Shown here: one piece after another, positions 9,178 to 19,493 of the stretch
How positions within the stretch are numbered: the first letter of the stretch is position 1
How the letters are laid out: the number at the start of each line of letters is the position of its first letter
Assembly (NCBI GenBank): GCA_007131625.1
Contig: SLQC01000096.1
Location: 1 to 49,857 of the forward strand
DNA from: Balneolales bacterium
GTDB taxonomy: Bacteria; Bacteroidota; Rhodothermia; Balneolales; Natronogracilivirgulaceae
Direction: 5' to 3'
DNA length: 49,857 nt
Program-made: the position numbers and the translations under genes
The notes under the pieces: model-generated
Seen by the model: the letters and a program-made list of their open reading frames with translations, nothing else
Database searches by the model: none
Told to the model about the DNA's origin: nothing

Positions 9178-11886
9178 TTACAAGGGAGTGGCAAGCACAG
9201 CGATATCCTTATAAATGCGGCCTGTTCCACCCGTCGGATCAATCGCTTCAAAATGGATGATATACAATCCCGTTCGGTTCATAACACCGTTTTGAGTCCG
9301 CCCGTCCCATATCAATTGTCCGGACAGGCCGGCACGTTCACCGTCGGCAAGAGATCGAACCGACCGACCGTGCCGGTCAAATACTCGTACATGCATAAGA
9401 TAATTTGGGTGATCAAGATGGTATTTAATGATTAAGTGATCATTAAACCCGTCACCTGTCGGAGAAAACGGGTTGGGACTCAGCTGTAAGCCGGCTTGTT
9501 CCTGCGTCTGTGCTTCTACGGAAACAGAGTTCTCAAAACCCGGAGTTCCACCTTCAGCAGTGGTGCCGGATGTCCAGTTGTTTCGGTCCATCGTGGCAGC
9601 TTCGGAATGAATCCGTTCCAAACCGATACCTCTGGTGTCAATAATATTGGGGTTGTGCCAATTTGGTTGATACCATAGAGAATCCAGCACGCCACCTTTT
9701 CGATCCGACAGATATACTTCGTCGCCCTGCGTGGAGAAACCAAGGGTCAGCCGGTCAATTCTGTAAAAATTTTCCATAGCATTTTGTGGTAGCGGAAAAG
9801 CCCGGTAAATTCGGGACGATTCAAAAGACTGACTGGTGTCGGCGTAAAATACGGCATAGGCACCGGGTGAAAGTACGGCTAAATCCAGATCAGGTGGTTC
9901 ACTTATGCGGACCTCCCCGTTTTTATCGGGACGGTCGTGAAGATGCACTCCATTCAATTGCAATGGAATAGCTGAACGATTCCGAAACTCAAGATACTCA
10001 CTTTGATCCGGCTGGCTGCTATACCGGTCTGCGGAAGGCTGATACATTATTTCGTTGATGATCAACTCCCCGGGTTCGGGTGGAAATGCCAGTGGAATCG
10101 AATAACTGCGCTGCTCGCGGCCTGCAACATCTGTAACCGATGAAACTGTGACACTCTTGTTTTTACGTATGATATTCCGATTTGAGCGGAACGTGAAATC
10201 CGCACCTTCATCAACCAGGCTGCCGGAACCATTCCCGTTTACGGGTACCATCTCAAGTTGATTACCATCAAGCCATACCGGCCCCATACTCTCCCGCGTA
10301 ACAAAACGGTTAAAGACCAAATTGACGGAATTACTGTTTTCAAACCCGGCAAACAGGACTTCAGGTGGACCCGGGTCGTCATCAAAATGATAATTCCTCA
10401 ATCCGGCGGTATGATGATCGGGATGCATGCGCCAATTGGATGGATCCAGAGACGCTCCATTCGGGTCGGTTCTTTCCATCGACACCCCGTCACGATTTCC
10501 ACCCCAGTCCGGATGATATGATAGACTGTCGATGGTGACTTTATCGCGGGTGCGCAGGTAAACTTTATCACCAAACCGGGATAGCGGTGGAAAGAGTTCA
10601 AGCTCCAGATGAATCGATTGATGGCCCTTTAAAACCAGCCCGGGTTCAGATATGACCGCTTTAGAGTTTGGCATAAAAAGTACCGGTTGTTCATGTTCTA
10701 CATCCAGGATGGATACGGGATTTCCAATACTGCGGCCAACAGACCATCCCCTCAGATCAATCACCTTTTCACTCCGGTTGTACAATTCGATAAAGCGGTT
10801 ATTTCCGTGACTGTCTGGTCGATACAGCACTTCATTGATGATGATATCTCCCGGGGCTGCCTCATCGACTAAAAAAAACGACTTCTGTGCAGATGAGGAT
10901 TGCTGGCCATAAATGGTTTGGTAAGAATCTATGTGAAGAGAATGCAGTCCTGAGTCCAGGGTACGGTTAAAACGTATGGTACAAATTTGTGGATGGTCAC
11001 AGTATAAATAGACAGGTGTTGTGCCATCATCCAGCCGGAATCGATCCGGGATGAGATCGGATGCCGCGGGCGGGACATTGAATGTGACTTGAATTTCTGT
11101 AAATGGTCTGTTCAGAAATTCAGGATCAACAGCAGAAGTAGCACGGAGTTCAAATACGCCAGGTTTGGGCAGATAATCTGACAACGTCACATTTCCAAAA
11201 TAAAACTGATCGCTTCGGGTGGCAGTATAATGAGTTCGGAAGCCAAAATGGCCTTTCAGTGCAATCCCGGAGTCCTTCATGGCGACGGTTTCACTTTGGA
11301 GCAGTGGGAGACGGTCCATCCCGCTGGCCAGATACAAATGGAGTTCTTTGTCGGGTGATTGAACGACTCGAATGCGGTATCCGGTGTCCGCATCGATCTC
11401 CATATCACTTTTCAGCAGCTGTATCTCCCGTTCACCGTCCATGAAGTGGATCAGGCGGAAATATTTTGGTGTTCCATTCTCACCGGTCTGAAGTGCAAAA
11501 CCATTTGCCTCATTGTCAAGATTCGGTCTGTCGGCATCGAGAAAAAAGTATGCCCGATTGTTGTTTGATGGCGCAAAAGCCTGCCGGAAATACCACTCCC
11601 ATTGCACCGGTTTAAAACTTTCCCTGGTGGCGAGGTAGGTGGATTCGGACTCCGGGTCGGCATCAAGGCGCAGTTTACCACCCGATGCAGCTATTTCCAC
11701 CCGAAAAGAAGTCAGATCACCTTGCCAATGTGCATCGTCGGGTGGTTGCGTAAAATCTGCGTGAAATATCGGAGGTCCGTTATCGATGGCAGATTCTGTG
11801 GCTGGGGCAATTCCGCCGACATGGGTAGTCAAAGCTGAATAAACCTGCAAAACAACTGCTGTTGCTGTTGTTATTGCCTTCATCAT
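9178..11886 (-). CDS. large secreted protein with two lamin-tail (LTD) domains and a T9SS-like C-terminal domain
   Basis: LTD signatures IIINEVLYRP..NRFIELYNRS and LIINEIMYQP..EYLEFRNRS. C-terminus has SPNPFSPTGDGFNDHLII...LIWDGR. The likely start is MMKAITTATAVV at 11886; the ORF extends to 12057. Confidence 0.7.
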   Translation of the reverse strand: MMKAITTATAVVLQVYSALTTHVGGIAPATESAIDNGPPIFHADFTQPPDDAHWQGDLTSFRVEIAASGGKLRLDADPESESTYLATRESFKPVQWEWYFRQAFAPSNNNRAYFFLDADRPNLDNEANGFALQTGENGTPKYFRLIHFMDGEREIQLLKSDMEIDADTGYRIRVVQSPDKELHLYLASGMDRLPLLQSETVAMKDSGIALKGHFGFRTHYTATRSDQFYFGNVTLSDYLPKPGVFELRATSAVDPEFLNRPFTEIQVTFNVPPAASDLIPDRFRLDDGTTPVYLYCDHPQICTIRFNRTLDSGLHSLHIDSYQTIYGQQSSSAQKSFFLVDEAAPGDIIINEVLYRPDSHGNNRFIELYNRSEKVIDLRGWSVGRSIGNPVSILDVEHEQPVLFMPNSKAVISEPGLVLKGHQSIHLELELFPPLSRFGDKVYLRTRDKVTIDSLSYHPDWGGNRDGVSMERTDPNGASLDPSNWRMHPDHHTAGLRNYHFDDDPGPPEVLFAGFENSNSVNLVFNRFVTRESMGPVWLDGNQLEMVPVNGNGSGSLVDEGADFTFRSNRNIIRKNKSVTVSSVTDVAGREQRSYSIPLAFPPEPGELIINEIMYQPSADRYSSQPDQSEYLEFRNRSAIPLQLNGVHLHDRPDKNGEVRISEPPDLDLAVLSPGAYAVFYADTSQSFESSRIYRAFPLPQNAMENFYRIDRLTLGFSTQGDEVYLSDRKGGVLDSLWYQPNWHNPNIIDTRGIGLERIHSEAATMDRNNWTSGTTAEGGTPGFENSVSVEAQTQEQAGLQLSPNPFSPTGDGFNDHLIIKYHLDHPNYLMHVRVFDRHGRSVRSLADGERAGLSGQLIWDGRTQNGVMNRTGLYIIHFEAIDPTGGTGRIYKDIAVLATPL

Positions 11887-12439
11887 CACCAGCAGCAGTA
11901 AACCGTTATTAAACAGGAGGATACACTTAAACGGTGTTGTTAGGTATGAACAACAGTTTTGGCTTTTCTTATTCGGGAGGACTCCGCAGAGAGCTAAAAA
12001 TGGGGTTACGAAGTGGTCACTTCGCAACCCCATAGGACTGTAGAAATACGCCTTCACGTCTTTTCCAATAAATAGTATGGTTGGTGTTGGTGTTAATCTG
12101 TTCGGTTATACAGATAATACCAGGAACAAATCCTTACAAAGAAAGCACAGAAATATGATATCAAGATGTTGACAAATTGATTAATAGGGTATGTCTAAAG
12201 TATAAATAGAATTTGACCAAAGCAACATAAAAAGCGCTTTTTTAGCAATATAATGTCATATTTGTTGAGCAGTGTATCGAATGATGTATGTGAAACTCAT
12301 AAAACACCGGGGTTTGTGCTGAAAAGATGTTACAGTTTCACGTACTTTTTTTTGACCTCAGGCAACCAATCAAATCCAGGTATTTTTACGACTTCAGAAG
12401 CCTCTGCGAGCGCAGCAAACCTAAAGATTTCGGGAATCC

Positions 12440-13498
12440 TTACGATTTCAGGTACCCTTTTGCATGCAGCAGTTCTGCATTCAGTATGGAGCATCCGGCG
12501 GCACCGCGAATCGTGTTGTGGCCGAGTGCCGTGAAAGCGACATCCAATACATTTGACATTCGCAGGCGACCCATCCCGACCTGCATTCCGTTCTCTGCAA
12601 GGGACTGGTGTCTTGGTTGCGGGTAGCGGAAATCGTCATACAGTCGAAGCGGCTGCGCCGGGGATGATGGAAGATTCAGATCGGCGATCGGATTTTTCCA
12701 GCTGCGGACTACCTGTTTCAATTCGTCCAGATCTTTCGGTTTCTTTGCAAGTCGCGCGGTTACGGAAAGCAAGTGACCGTCAATGACTGGAACGCGGACT
12801 GCAGTTGCCTGTATGGGAAATGTTGCAAATTCGACTTTTCCGCCATTCAGTTGTCCTAAAAGTTTTAGCGGCTCCACTCCTATTTTATCTTCTTCGCCAC
12901 TGATATAAGGAAGGATATTTCCGAGAATATCAAGACTGGGCACGCCGGGGTATCCGGCTCCGGAAACGGCTTGCATGGAGGTCACAATCACCTCTTCAAC
13001 ACCGTACGCATCATACAGGGGCTTAAGAGCCATTACCAGGGGAATACAGACGCAGTTGGGATTGGTAACAATAAACCCATCTCCTTCAGGATCAAATTGC
13101 TGGCACCCGATCAGTTCGGCATGGTCGGGATTCACCTCGGCGACCATTAACGGTACGGTCTCATGTTGCCGGTAATTGCGGGCATTTGAAATCACCGGGA
13201 TTCCGGCTTCGGCATACGCCCGTTCGATCTCCGTGGCAACCCCGGAATCCATTCCTGAAAAGACAAAATCGACATCCATCTTCGACGGATCACAGGTCGA
13301 TACAGTGATATTAGCGATATCTTCCGGCATTTCGGTCGACTCGACCCAGTTCGTAGCTTTACGGTACGTTTTTCCGGCACTGCGTTCCGAAGCTCCCAGA
13401 GCAGTGACTCTAAACCAGGGATGATTACGTAATAAATGAATGAATTTTTGTCCAACAGCACCTGTTGCACCAAGAACTCCAATGCGATATTCAGCCAT
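12440..13498 (-). CDS. asd: aspartate-semialdehyde dehydrogenase
   Basis: Rossmann motif IGVLGATGAVGQ, active-site context VTNPNCVCIPL, and GHNTIRGAAG near the C-terminus. Confidence 0.85.
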   Translation of the reverse strand: MAEYRIGVLGATGAVGQKFIHLLRNHPWFRVTALGASERSAGKTYRKATNWVESTEMPEDIANITVSTCDPSKMDVDFVFSGMDSGVATEIERAYAEAGIPVISNARNYRQHETVPLMVAEVNPDHAELIGCQQFDPEGDGFIVTNPNCVCIPLVMALKPLYDAYGVEEVIVTSMQAVSGAGYPGVPSLDILGNILPYISGEEDKIGVEPLKLLGQLNGGKVEFATFPIQATAVRVPVIDGHLLSVTARLAKKPKDLDELKQVVRSWKNPIADLNLPSSPAQPLRLYDDFRYPQPRHQSLAENGMQVGMGRLRMSNVLDVAFTALGHNTIRGAAGCSILNAELLHAKGYLKS

Positions 13499-13702
13499 AG
13501 CTATATATAAATTTAAGTTTCTACAGTCTTGTTAATATTGTCAGATCCACGACCTGTGCCGGCCGATATGTGAATTGAACGGAACCCGAACCGTTAAATA
13601 CGGGATTATCGATCATGATCGACCAGTTAAGGGGCAAAAATACGAAGAAATATATTAAAAATAATGTCAAAACCGGAGAGTGTGTGAAGTGGCGGTGATT
13701 TG

Positions 13703-14593
13703 TCAGAGAGTATCGATCACATTCTGTGTGTATTCAAGATTTCTCTTCATATCTGACCGGATATCACCTGAGGGTGCAACAGTTTCCAGATTGACCCATC
13801 CGGAAAAACCGATTTCATCAATTGCTTTCAGTACCTCACGAATATCGATTTCACCTTCACCCAGATAGTGTGGATTGTCTTTCAGATGAAACTGACATAT
13901 GTGTTCACTTCCGAGCCATCGGATCTCATTATAAATATCATATCCGTAATTAAAAGAATTTCCTACATCATAATAGACTTGCACTGCCGGCGAATCAGCC
14001 CGCTCGAGTATTCGCATATTATCTTCTGCTGAAAGCGTATTTTCGATTCCGAGTATGACCCCGTGATTTTCAGCTTCGGTTCCCAATTCACTCAAAAGAT
14101 CGCCTACATAGTTCATCTCATCGCGTGTCTTTAGTTCACCATCCCAAAAAAAGGGGAGCAGGATCACTTCCGTATTCAAATTACGCGTAACTGGGATAGC
14201 CATTTCAACCCAGTGACGACCAAGCGGATCATTCGGATCCTTGAGCACATTTGTATGCAGGACCCACATGTGTGTTCCTGCAGCCCGAATGCCGTATTCT
14301 TGAAATGCTTCCAGATATTGCTGCTGGCGGTCTTCATAGGCCAGGAGCAGCATGCCGTCATCATCCGGCCCCCCGAATGTCACTTCCAGACCCTCGAACC
14401 CGATTTCCGAGGCCTTGGACACCGCTTCTACTTGTGCCGTTTTTCCCAATCCTCCAATATCCGTGTTCAAATCAATGACTCCGATATGTACTCCCTGAAG
14501 CGGAGTGTGGCTTCTACAACCGGGTAACAACGATAGGCCTGCGGTTGCCATGGCACCGGTAATTACAAATTCGCGCCGAGATATTTTTTTCAT
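13703..14593 (-). CDS. sugar phosphate isomerase/epimerase (xylose isomerase-like TIM barrel) with Tat/lipoprotein signal
   Basis: SRREFVITGAMATAGLSLLPGC twin-arginine signal; GFEGLEV and LGIEN TIM-barrel-type motifs. Confidence 0.65.
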   Translation of the reverse strand: MKKISRREFVITGAMATAGLSLLPGCRSHTPLQGVHIGVIDLNTDIGGLGKTAQVEAVSKASEIGFEGLEVTFGGPDDDGMLLLAYEDRQQQYLEAFQEYGIRAAGTHMWVLHTNVLKDPNDPLGRHWVEMAIPVTRNLNTEVILLPFFWDGELKTRDEMNYVGDLLSELGTEAENHGVILGIENTLSAEDNMRILERADSPAVQVYYDVGNSFNYGYDIYNEIRWLGSEHICQFHLKDNPHYLGEGEIDIREVLKAIDEIGFSGWVNLETVAPSGDIRSDMKRNLEYTQNVIDTL

Positions 14594-14714
14594 TTATCTC
14601 CTCATATACTTTGAAAGATGTTATTTTTATTTGATTAACTAATAATTATACAAAAATACCAATCAAACAACATCTTTTCGTATTCAGGTGAACCGTCACA
14701 ACTGGTCAGAATGA

Positions 14715-15614
14715 ATGAGTAACGAGATACAATCAATTACAGTGATAGGGGGAACGGGCATGCTGGGCAAGCCGGTGGTTCGTGAACTGGTGAATGCAGG
14801 GTTTGAAATCACTGCTATGGTACGAGATCCCGCCAAAGCCAAAGGGATATTGCCGGATCAGGTGTGTCTGGTAAAGGGAGATTTGCAAAATCGCAATGAA
14901 ATTTCCACAGCACTCGAACATGCAGATGCTGTTTATCTGAACCTTTCCACACGCCCGGAAGTCAAAAAACATTCAGAATTTATTCCCGAGCGGGATGGAC
15001 TCGAAAAAGCACTCGACGTGGTCGGTGAAATAAACACCTCACAAAACAGCATTCAGAGAGTTGCTGCAATCTCATCCATGGTACAGCGGTATCAGGGAAT
15101 GAACGGCTTCCATTGGTGGGCGTTCGAAATCAAAAAGTGGGCTATCCAGACGCTGAAAAACGCATCCGTTCCAACAACTATCTTTTTTCCCTCCAGTTTT
15201 ATGGAAACTTTGGATCAGGGTGGAGTAATGCAGGGAAATCGCCTCATGCTGGTCGGAACATCCCGTCACCCGATACACTTTATCGCCGGATCGGATTATG
15301 GGCGGATGGTGGCGCAGTCATTCAAAATTACCGGCGATGAAGATCGCGAATACAACATCCAGGGTTCCCAGTCACTTACCTTCGAAGATGCCGCAATGAT
15401 CTATATGAAAAACTTCCGGCGCGGTCCGCTGAAAATTATTCATGTGCCAATGTGGCTGCTGAAAATTTCCGGACTCTTCAATAGCGAATTGCATTATCTC
15501 GCCAGGATCATGGAGGCGCTCAACCACTATCCGGAACCGTCGCCCGATGAAAAGGTGTGGCGGGAACTCGGCCGGCCAGAAGTTAACCTTGCGTCATACG
15601 CCGGCAATTTGTAA
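14715..15614 (+). CDS. NmrA-like / atypical SDR NAD(P)-binding protein
   Basis: N-terminal VIGGTGMLGKPVVREL Rossmann motif, about 300 aa. Confidence 0.65.
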   Translation: MSNEIQSITVIGGTGMLGKPVVRELVNAGFEITAMVRDPAKAKGILPDQVCLVKGDLQNRNEISTALEHADAVYLNLSTRPEVKKHSEFIPERDGLEKALDVVGEINTSQNSIQRVAAISSMVQRYQGMNGFHWWAFEIKKWAIQTLKNASVPTTIFFPSSFMETLDQGGVMQGNRLMLVGTSRHPIHFIAGSDYGRMVAQSFKITGDEDREYNIQGSQSLTFEDAAMIYMKNFRRGPLKIIHVPMWLLKISGLFNSELHYLARIMEALNHYPEPSPDEKVWRELGRPEVNLASYAGNL

Positions 15615-15891
15615 CTGTCGCAGTTGGGTGTTTCGAACCATTTTTATCCCCATGAAAAATGCGGTATATTTCACGCTTGTCAGCTGAGTCGTATCGGATT
15701 CGTATGAATACGTATGAATACGGATCGTTTTCACAGTTTGCAGAAAAAATTGACAGTCATTCCTGGCATTTGGAAATCAATCCTGGTATTAAAAACTTGC
15801 CGTCAATTTCGCAGACAAATTTTCATGCAACATAGTAACCAGAATAATAGTAACCCAAATATTATACCTGACAAAACGCGAAATAAGCATT

Positions 15892-17373
15892 ATGGCAGCA
15901 AAAAACAGACTGGATAAAATTGTCTCACTCTCCAAAGCACGCGGATTCATCTTTCAATCATCAGAAATTTACGGCGGACTCAGTGCTGTCTATGACTACG
16001 GCCCGCTCGGCGTTGAACTCAAACGCAAACTCAATCAGGCCTGGTGGTCGGCAATGACTCAAAAACACGACAATATTGTCGGACTCGATGCCGCCATTCT
16101 CATGCACCCCAAAGTATGGAAAGCCAGCGGCCATGTCGACAGCTTCAGCGATCCCATGATCGACGACAAACAATCTAAAATGCGCTACCGGGCTGATCTG
16201 CTCATAGAAGAGCAGATCGCTAAACTGCGGGAGAATGGGGATGCAGAGCGTGCCGATAATATACAGAAACTGCTGGATTCTTCCGGCACACGCAAGTCAC
16301 TGAACGAGGACCTCTACGACATTATCATGGAGGAAAAGATCAAGGGGCCTGACTCCGGTGCATTTGAATGGACCAAGGTTCGTCAGTTTAATCTGATGTT
16401 TAAAACACAGTTCGGGGCGACTGCCACCGGGGAAGAGACTGAAGTGTATATCCGTCCCGAAACCGCCCAGGGGATCTTTGTCAATTTCACCAACGCACTG
16501 AATACCACGCGGCAGCAGGTGCCCTTCGGGATTGCACAGATCGGGAAGGCATTCCGCAACGAAGTGGTGGCGCGGCAGTTCGTCTTTCGGATGCGAGAAT
16601 TCGAGCAGATGGAAATGCAATATTTCGTAAAGCCCGGAACCGATTCCGAGCAATATGAGAGATGGAAGGATGAGCGGTTGACCTGGCACAAAAGTATTGG
16701 GATCCGACCGTCAAAGCTTCGTTTTCATGATCATCCCGAAGACAAACTGGCGCATTACGCCAAAGAAGCGGTGGATGTGCAGTATGAGTTTCCGATCGGA
16801 TGGCAGGAAGTGGAGGGGATTCACAATCGCACCGATTTCGATCTGGGTCGGCATCAGGAATTTTCCGGCAAAAAAATGGAGTATTTCGATCCGCACAGTC
16901 AGGAACGCTATATTCCTTATGTGGTGGAGACATCGGTTGGACTTGACCGCACTTTGCTGATGGTTCTGTGTGATGCGTATCGCGAAGAGGAGGTGCCGGG
17001 CGACAAGGAGGGAACGGTCGAAACGCGTGTTGTGATGAAAATGCATCCGAAACTGGCGCCGGTTACGGCCGGTATTTTCCCGCTGATCAAGAAGCCCGAG
17101 CTGCAGGATGTGGCGCGCAAAATCTATGACGACCTGGCGGAAGATTTCAAAGTTCAATACGATGAAAAAGGGTCGATCGGCAAACGGTATCGCCGTTTGG
17201 ATGAGGCCGGAACCCCGTTCTGTATTACGGTAGATTTTGACAGTCTGGAAGATCAGACCGTGACTATTCGCGACCGGGATTCTATGGAGCAGGATCGGAT
17301 TTCCATCACAAAACTGGGTGAGGTGATTCACAGCCGGATGAAAAACTGGTCGCCGGAAGAAGAAAAAAAATGA
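15892..17373 (+). CDS. glyQS: glycine--tRNA ligase (homodimeric class II type)
   Basis: Motifs GFIFQSSEIYGG, IGKAFRNE, FRMREFEQMEMQYF and VETSVGLDR, plus a C-terminal anticodon-binding domain. Confidence 0.92.
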   Translation: MAAKNRLDKIVSLSKARGFIFQSSEIYGGLSAVYDYGPLGVELKRKLNQAWWSAMTQKHDNIVGLDAAILMHPKVWKASGHVDSFSDPMIDDKQSKMRYRADLLIEEQIAKLRENGDAERADNIQKLLDSSGTRKSLNEDLYDIIMEEKIKGPDSGAFEWTKVRQFNLMFKTQFGATATGEETEVYIRPETAQGIFVNFTNALNTTRQQVPFGIAQIGKAFRNEVVARQFVFRMREFEQMEMQYFVKPGTDSEQYERWKDERLTWHKSIGIRPSKLRFHDHPEDKLAHYAKEAVDVQYEFPIGWQEVEGIHNRTDFDLGRHQEFSGKKMEYFDPHSQERYIPYVVETSVGLDRTLLMVLCDAYREEEVPGDKEGTVETRVVMKMHPKLAPVTAGIFPLIKKPELQDVARKIYDDLAEDFKVQYDEKGSIGKRYRRLDEAGTPFCITVDFDSLEDQTVTIRDRDSMEQDRISITKLGEVIHSRMKNWSPEEEKK

Positions 17374-17416
17374 ATGGAAGTTTCCGGGGCTGGTTTTGTT
17401 TACGCGCTTCATGCAG

Positions 17417-17459
17417 CATGTGACATTATTCATCCAAATTCATCTAAACATTTAAAAAC
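17417..17459 (+). repeat. partial (3' half) copy of the ATGA-delimited repeat family
   Basis: catgtgacattattcatccaaa...aacatttaaaaac|ATGAAA aligns with catctgacattattaatcaaaacattttaaacag|ATGAA of unit B2, with a 9-nt insertion. Confidence 0.45.
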
Positions 17460-17516
17460 ATGAAAAAAGTGCATAATATCCTGCAATTATATATGTTAAC
17501 AGGGTGAATCACTAAT

Positions 17517-17966
17517 ATGAATAAAACGAGTAATACTTTGGCTAAAATTAAAGAAGGCGACACTGTAAAGGTACACTACACAGGTAAAATCACAGACGGA
17601 ACCGTTTTTGATACCTCCAAGGAACGCGAACCGCTTGAATTCACGATCGGCGAAGGAAAGCTGATCCCGGGATTCGAGAAAGCGGTTGTGGGCATGGATA
17701 TCGGCGACAGCAACACTGTCACGATCCCGTCAGATGAAGCGTATGGTGAAAAACGTGACGATATGATAGTTGATGTCGAAAAAAGCCAGATACCGCCCGA
17801 TATCAAGCCTGAGGTTGGACAACAGCTTCAGGTACAGCAAAAAGACGGTAATGCCATTCCGGTGGTTATAACGGATGTGACCGAAGAATCAATTCAGCTG
17901 GATGCCAACCATCCGCTGGCCGGTCAAGATCTGATTTTCGAGATCGAAGTGGTCGAGGTGGTCTGA
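17517..17966 (+). CDS. FKBP-type peptidyl-prolyl cis-trans isomerase (SlyD-like, with insert-in-flap domain)
   Basis: Motifs VKVHYTGKITDGTVFDTS, IPGFEKAVVGM and LDANHPLAGQDL. Confidence 0.85.
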   Translation: MNKTSNTLAKIKEGDTVKVHYTGKITDGTVFDTSKEREPLEFTIGEGKLIPGFEKAVVGMDIGDSNTVTIPSDEAYGEKRDDMIVDVEKSQIPPDIKPEVGQQLQVQQKDGNAIPVVITDVTEESIQLDANHPLAGQDLIFEIEVVEVV

Positions 17967-17998
17967 CAGGTTCGATCTGCTATTTTAAGAATATTTGT

Positions 17999-19048
17999 TT
18001 AATGTTGTAAACTGGAGAGCTCCCGTCTCACCACGGGAGCTACTTCGGTCCCAAGCAACTCAATCGCACGAAGTACCTTTTTCTGCGGAATACTGCCGAT
18101 CGTCAATTGCAGAAGGAACCGTTGGTGGCCGAAGATCTCGTGCTGGTACAGAATTTTATCTATTACTTCCTGTGGACTTCCAGCTACATTCGCCCCGTGA
18201 ATAGTGCACGATGCATCGAACTGATCACGTGACATCGGCGGCCAGCCACGCTCCCGCCCGATCCGGTCCATCGTCAGCTTGAATGCCGGAAACGCATCGT
18301 CCTTCGCCTGTTGTGAATCGTCCGCCAGAAATCCGTGGGAGTTGATGCTGAGCGCAGGAATCGGATGCCCCGCTTTTTGTGCTGCTTCCCGGTGAAGATG
18401 TGCGAAAGTAGCGAATTGTGCCGGTTGTCCACCGATGATGGCGATGGCCATAGGAAGCCCGAGCGCGCCGGTCCGCACAGCCGATTGCGGTGTGCCGCCA
18501 ACCGCTACCCAGACAGGAAGTGTATCCTGCACCGGCCGCGGGTACACACCACGATCGTCAATGTCAGTACGATGTTTGCCCGACCAGGTGATGCGCACTG
18601 ATTCGTTCAGTTGGAGCAAGAGCTTCAGTTTTTCAGCAAAGATCTCGTCATACTCCTGTAAATCGTATCCGAACAGAGGAAACGATTCGATAAACGATCC
18701 GCGTCCGGCCATTATCTCAGCACGGCCATTTGAAAGCAGATCCAGAGTGGCAAATTGTTGAAAAACCCGCACCGGATCTTCGGATCCGAGCACAGTCACC
18801 GCACTGCTCAACCGGATGTATTTGGTTCGCTCTGCAGCAGCAGCAAGAATCACAGCCGGCGCGGAAGAGACATACTCCGGACGATGATGCTCTCCAACTG
18901 CAAAAACATCCAATCCGACCTGATCAGACAACTCGGCCTCTTCCATCAGATTTCGCATACGTTGCTGCGGGGAAAGGGATTCGCCGTTTCCGGCCAATGG
19001 TGTGTTTTCGACAAAAGTGTAAATTCCTAATTCCATCGTTCTGATCAC
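17999..19048 (-). CDS. LLM-class (luciferase-like) flavin-dependent oxidoreductase
   Basis: About 350 aa with the TIM-barrel LLM pattern (FAVGEHH, AIAIIGG). Recognised by overall resemblance only. Confidence 0.6.
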   Translation of the reverse strand: MIRTMELGIYTFVENTPLAGNGESLSPQQRMRNLMEEAELSDQVGLDVFAVGEHHRPEYVSSAPAVILAAAAERTKYIRLSSAVTVLGSEDPVRVFQQFATLDLLSNGRAEIMAGRGSFIESFPLFGYDLQEYDEIFAEKLKLLLQLNESVRITWSGKHRTDIDDRGVYPRPVQDTLPVWVAVGGTPQSAVRTGALGLPMAIAIIGGQPAQFATFAHLHREAAQKAGHPIPALSINSHGFLADDSQQAKDDAFPAFKLTMDRIGRERGWPPMSRDQFDASCTIHGANVAGSPQEVIDKILYQHEIFGHQRFLLQLTIGSIPQKKVLRAIELLGTEVAPVVRRELSSLQH

Positions 19049-19189
19049 GTTAATCGTTCAAAATTGGAGTAATGTTTCGTTTAAGACACAAACACTTGCT
19101 CAATACTCAATCAACTGTCGCCATGTGCAAGAAGTTTCTCAGCGCACAATTTGTTCCCACCGCACAAAAAGTTAAACCGATGCAATGGG

Positions 19190-19256
19190 AAATGCCCTAA
19201 GCACGATAGCAAATGTTTGACGCACGATAGCAAATGCCCTAAGCACGATAGCAAAT
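19190..19256. repeat. three 21-nt tandem repeats (core GCACGATAGCAAAT)
   Basis: Core at 19201, 19222 and 19243. Followed by AGCAGTTGT x2 at 19269 and 19289. Confidence 0.85.
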
Positions 19257-19417
19257 ATCCGAAATACTAGCAGTTGTGCAGATGAGCAAGCAGTTGTCCC
19301 GGAGTTTGTTATTTTGTGAGTAAACAACGCGAAATGAAAATTCATTGCACATTGGCCCGTTTTTTACAATGACCGGATATGCAACGGCAATTCATGCTTC
19401 GAAAATGATATAATCTC

Positions 19418-19490
19418 CAAAACTTGCACCATCAAAATTGCACCATCTAAACTTGCACCATCAAATATTGTATCACCAAAACTTGCAAGG
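19418..19490. repeat. five 14-15-nt tandem repeats (core TTGCACCATC), ending 4 nt before the ATG at 19494
   Basis: Cores at 19424, 19438 and 19453. Degenerate copies at 19468 and 19483. Confidence 0.85.
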
Positions 19491-19493
19491 ACA

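Noticed and set aside
12253-12626. Two overlapping plus-strand ORFs (93 and 99 aa)
   Set aside because: They run antisense into the 3' end of asd and begin in AT-rich spacer. They have no motif support.
15760-15815. Sigma-54 type promoter (TGGCAT / TGGTAT ... TTGC) upstream of glyQS
   Set aside because: The spacing between the TGG and TTGC elements is 7 nt after the hexamer instead of the required 5. The first copy lacks a TTGC element altogether.
16711-17433. 240-aa ORF on the minus strand, plus several 100-150-aa ORFs, overlapping glyQS
   Set aside because: It is fully antisense to a strongly supported glycyl-tRNA synthetase gene. The translated sequence is low-complexity (FFFFRR...) with no motif. 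It is a typical shadow ORF.
19190-19490. Possible CRISPR array (also considered for the arrays at 5030, 31199, 32803 and 41434)
   Set aside because: The periods of 14-34 nt have no unique spacers between repeats, there are only 3-5 copies, and no cas genes are present. The 94-101-nt units at 41434 are contiguous repeats without spacers. None fits CRISPR architecture.
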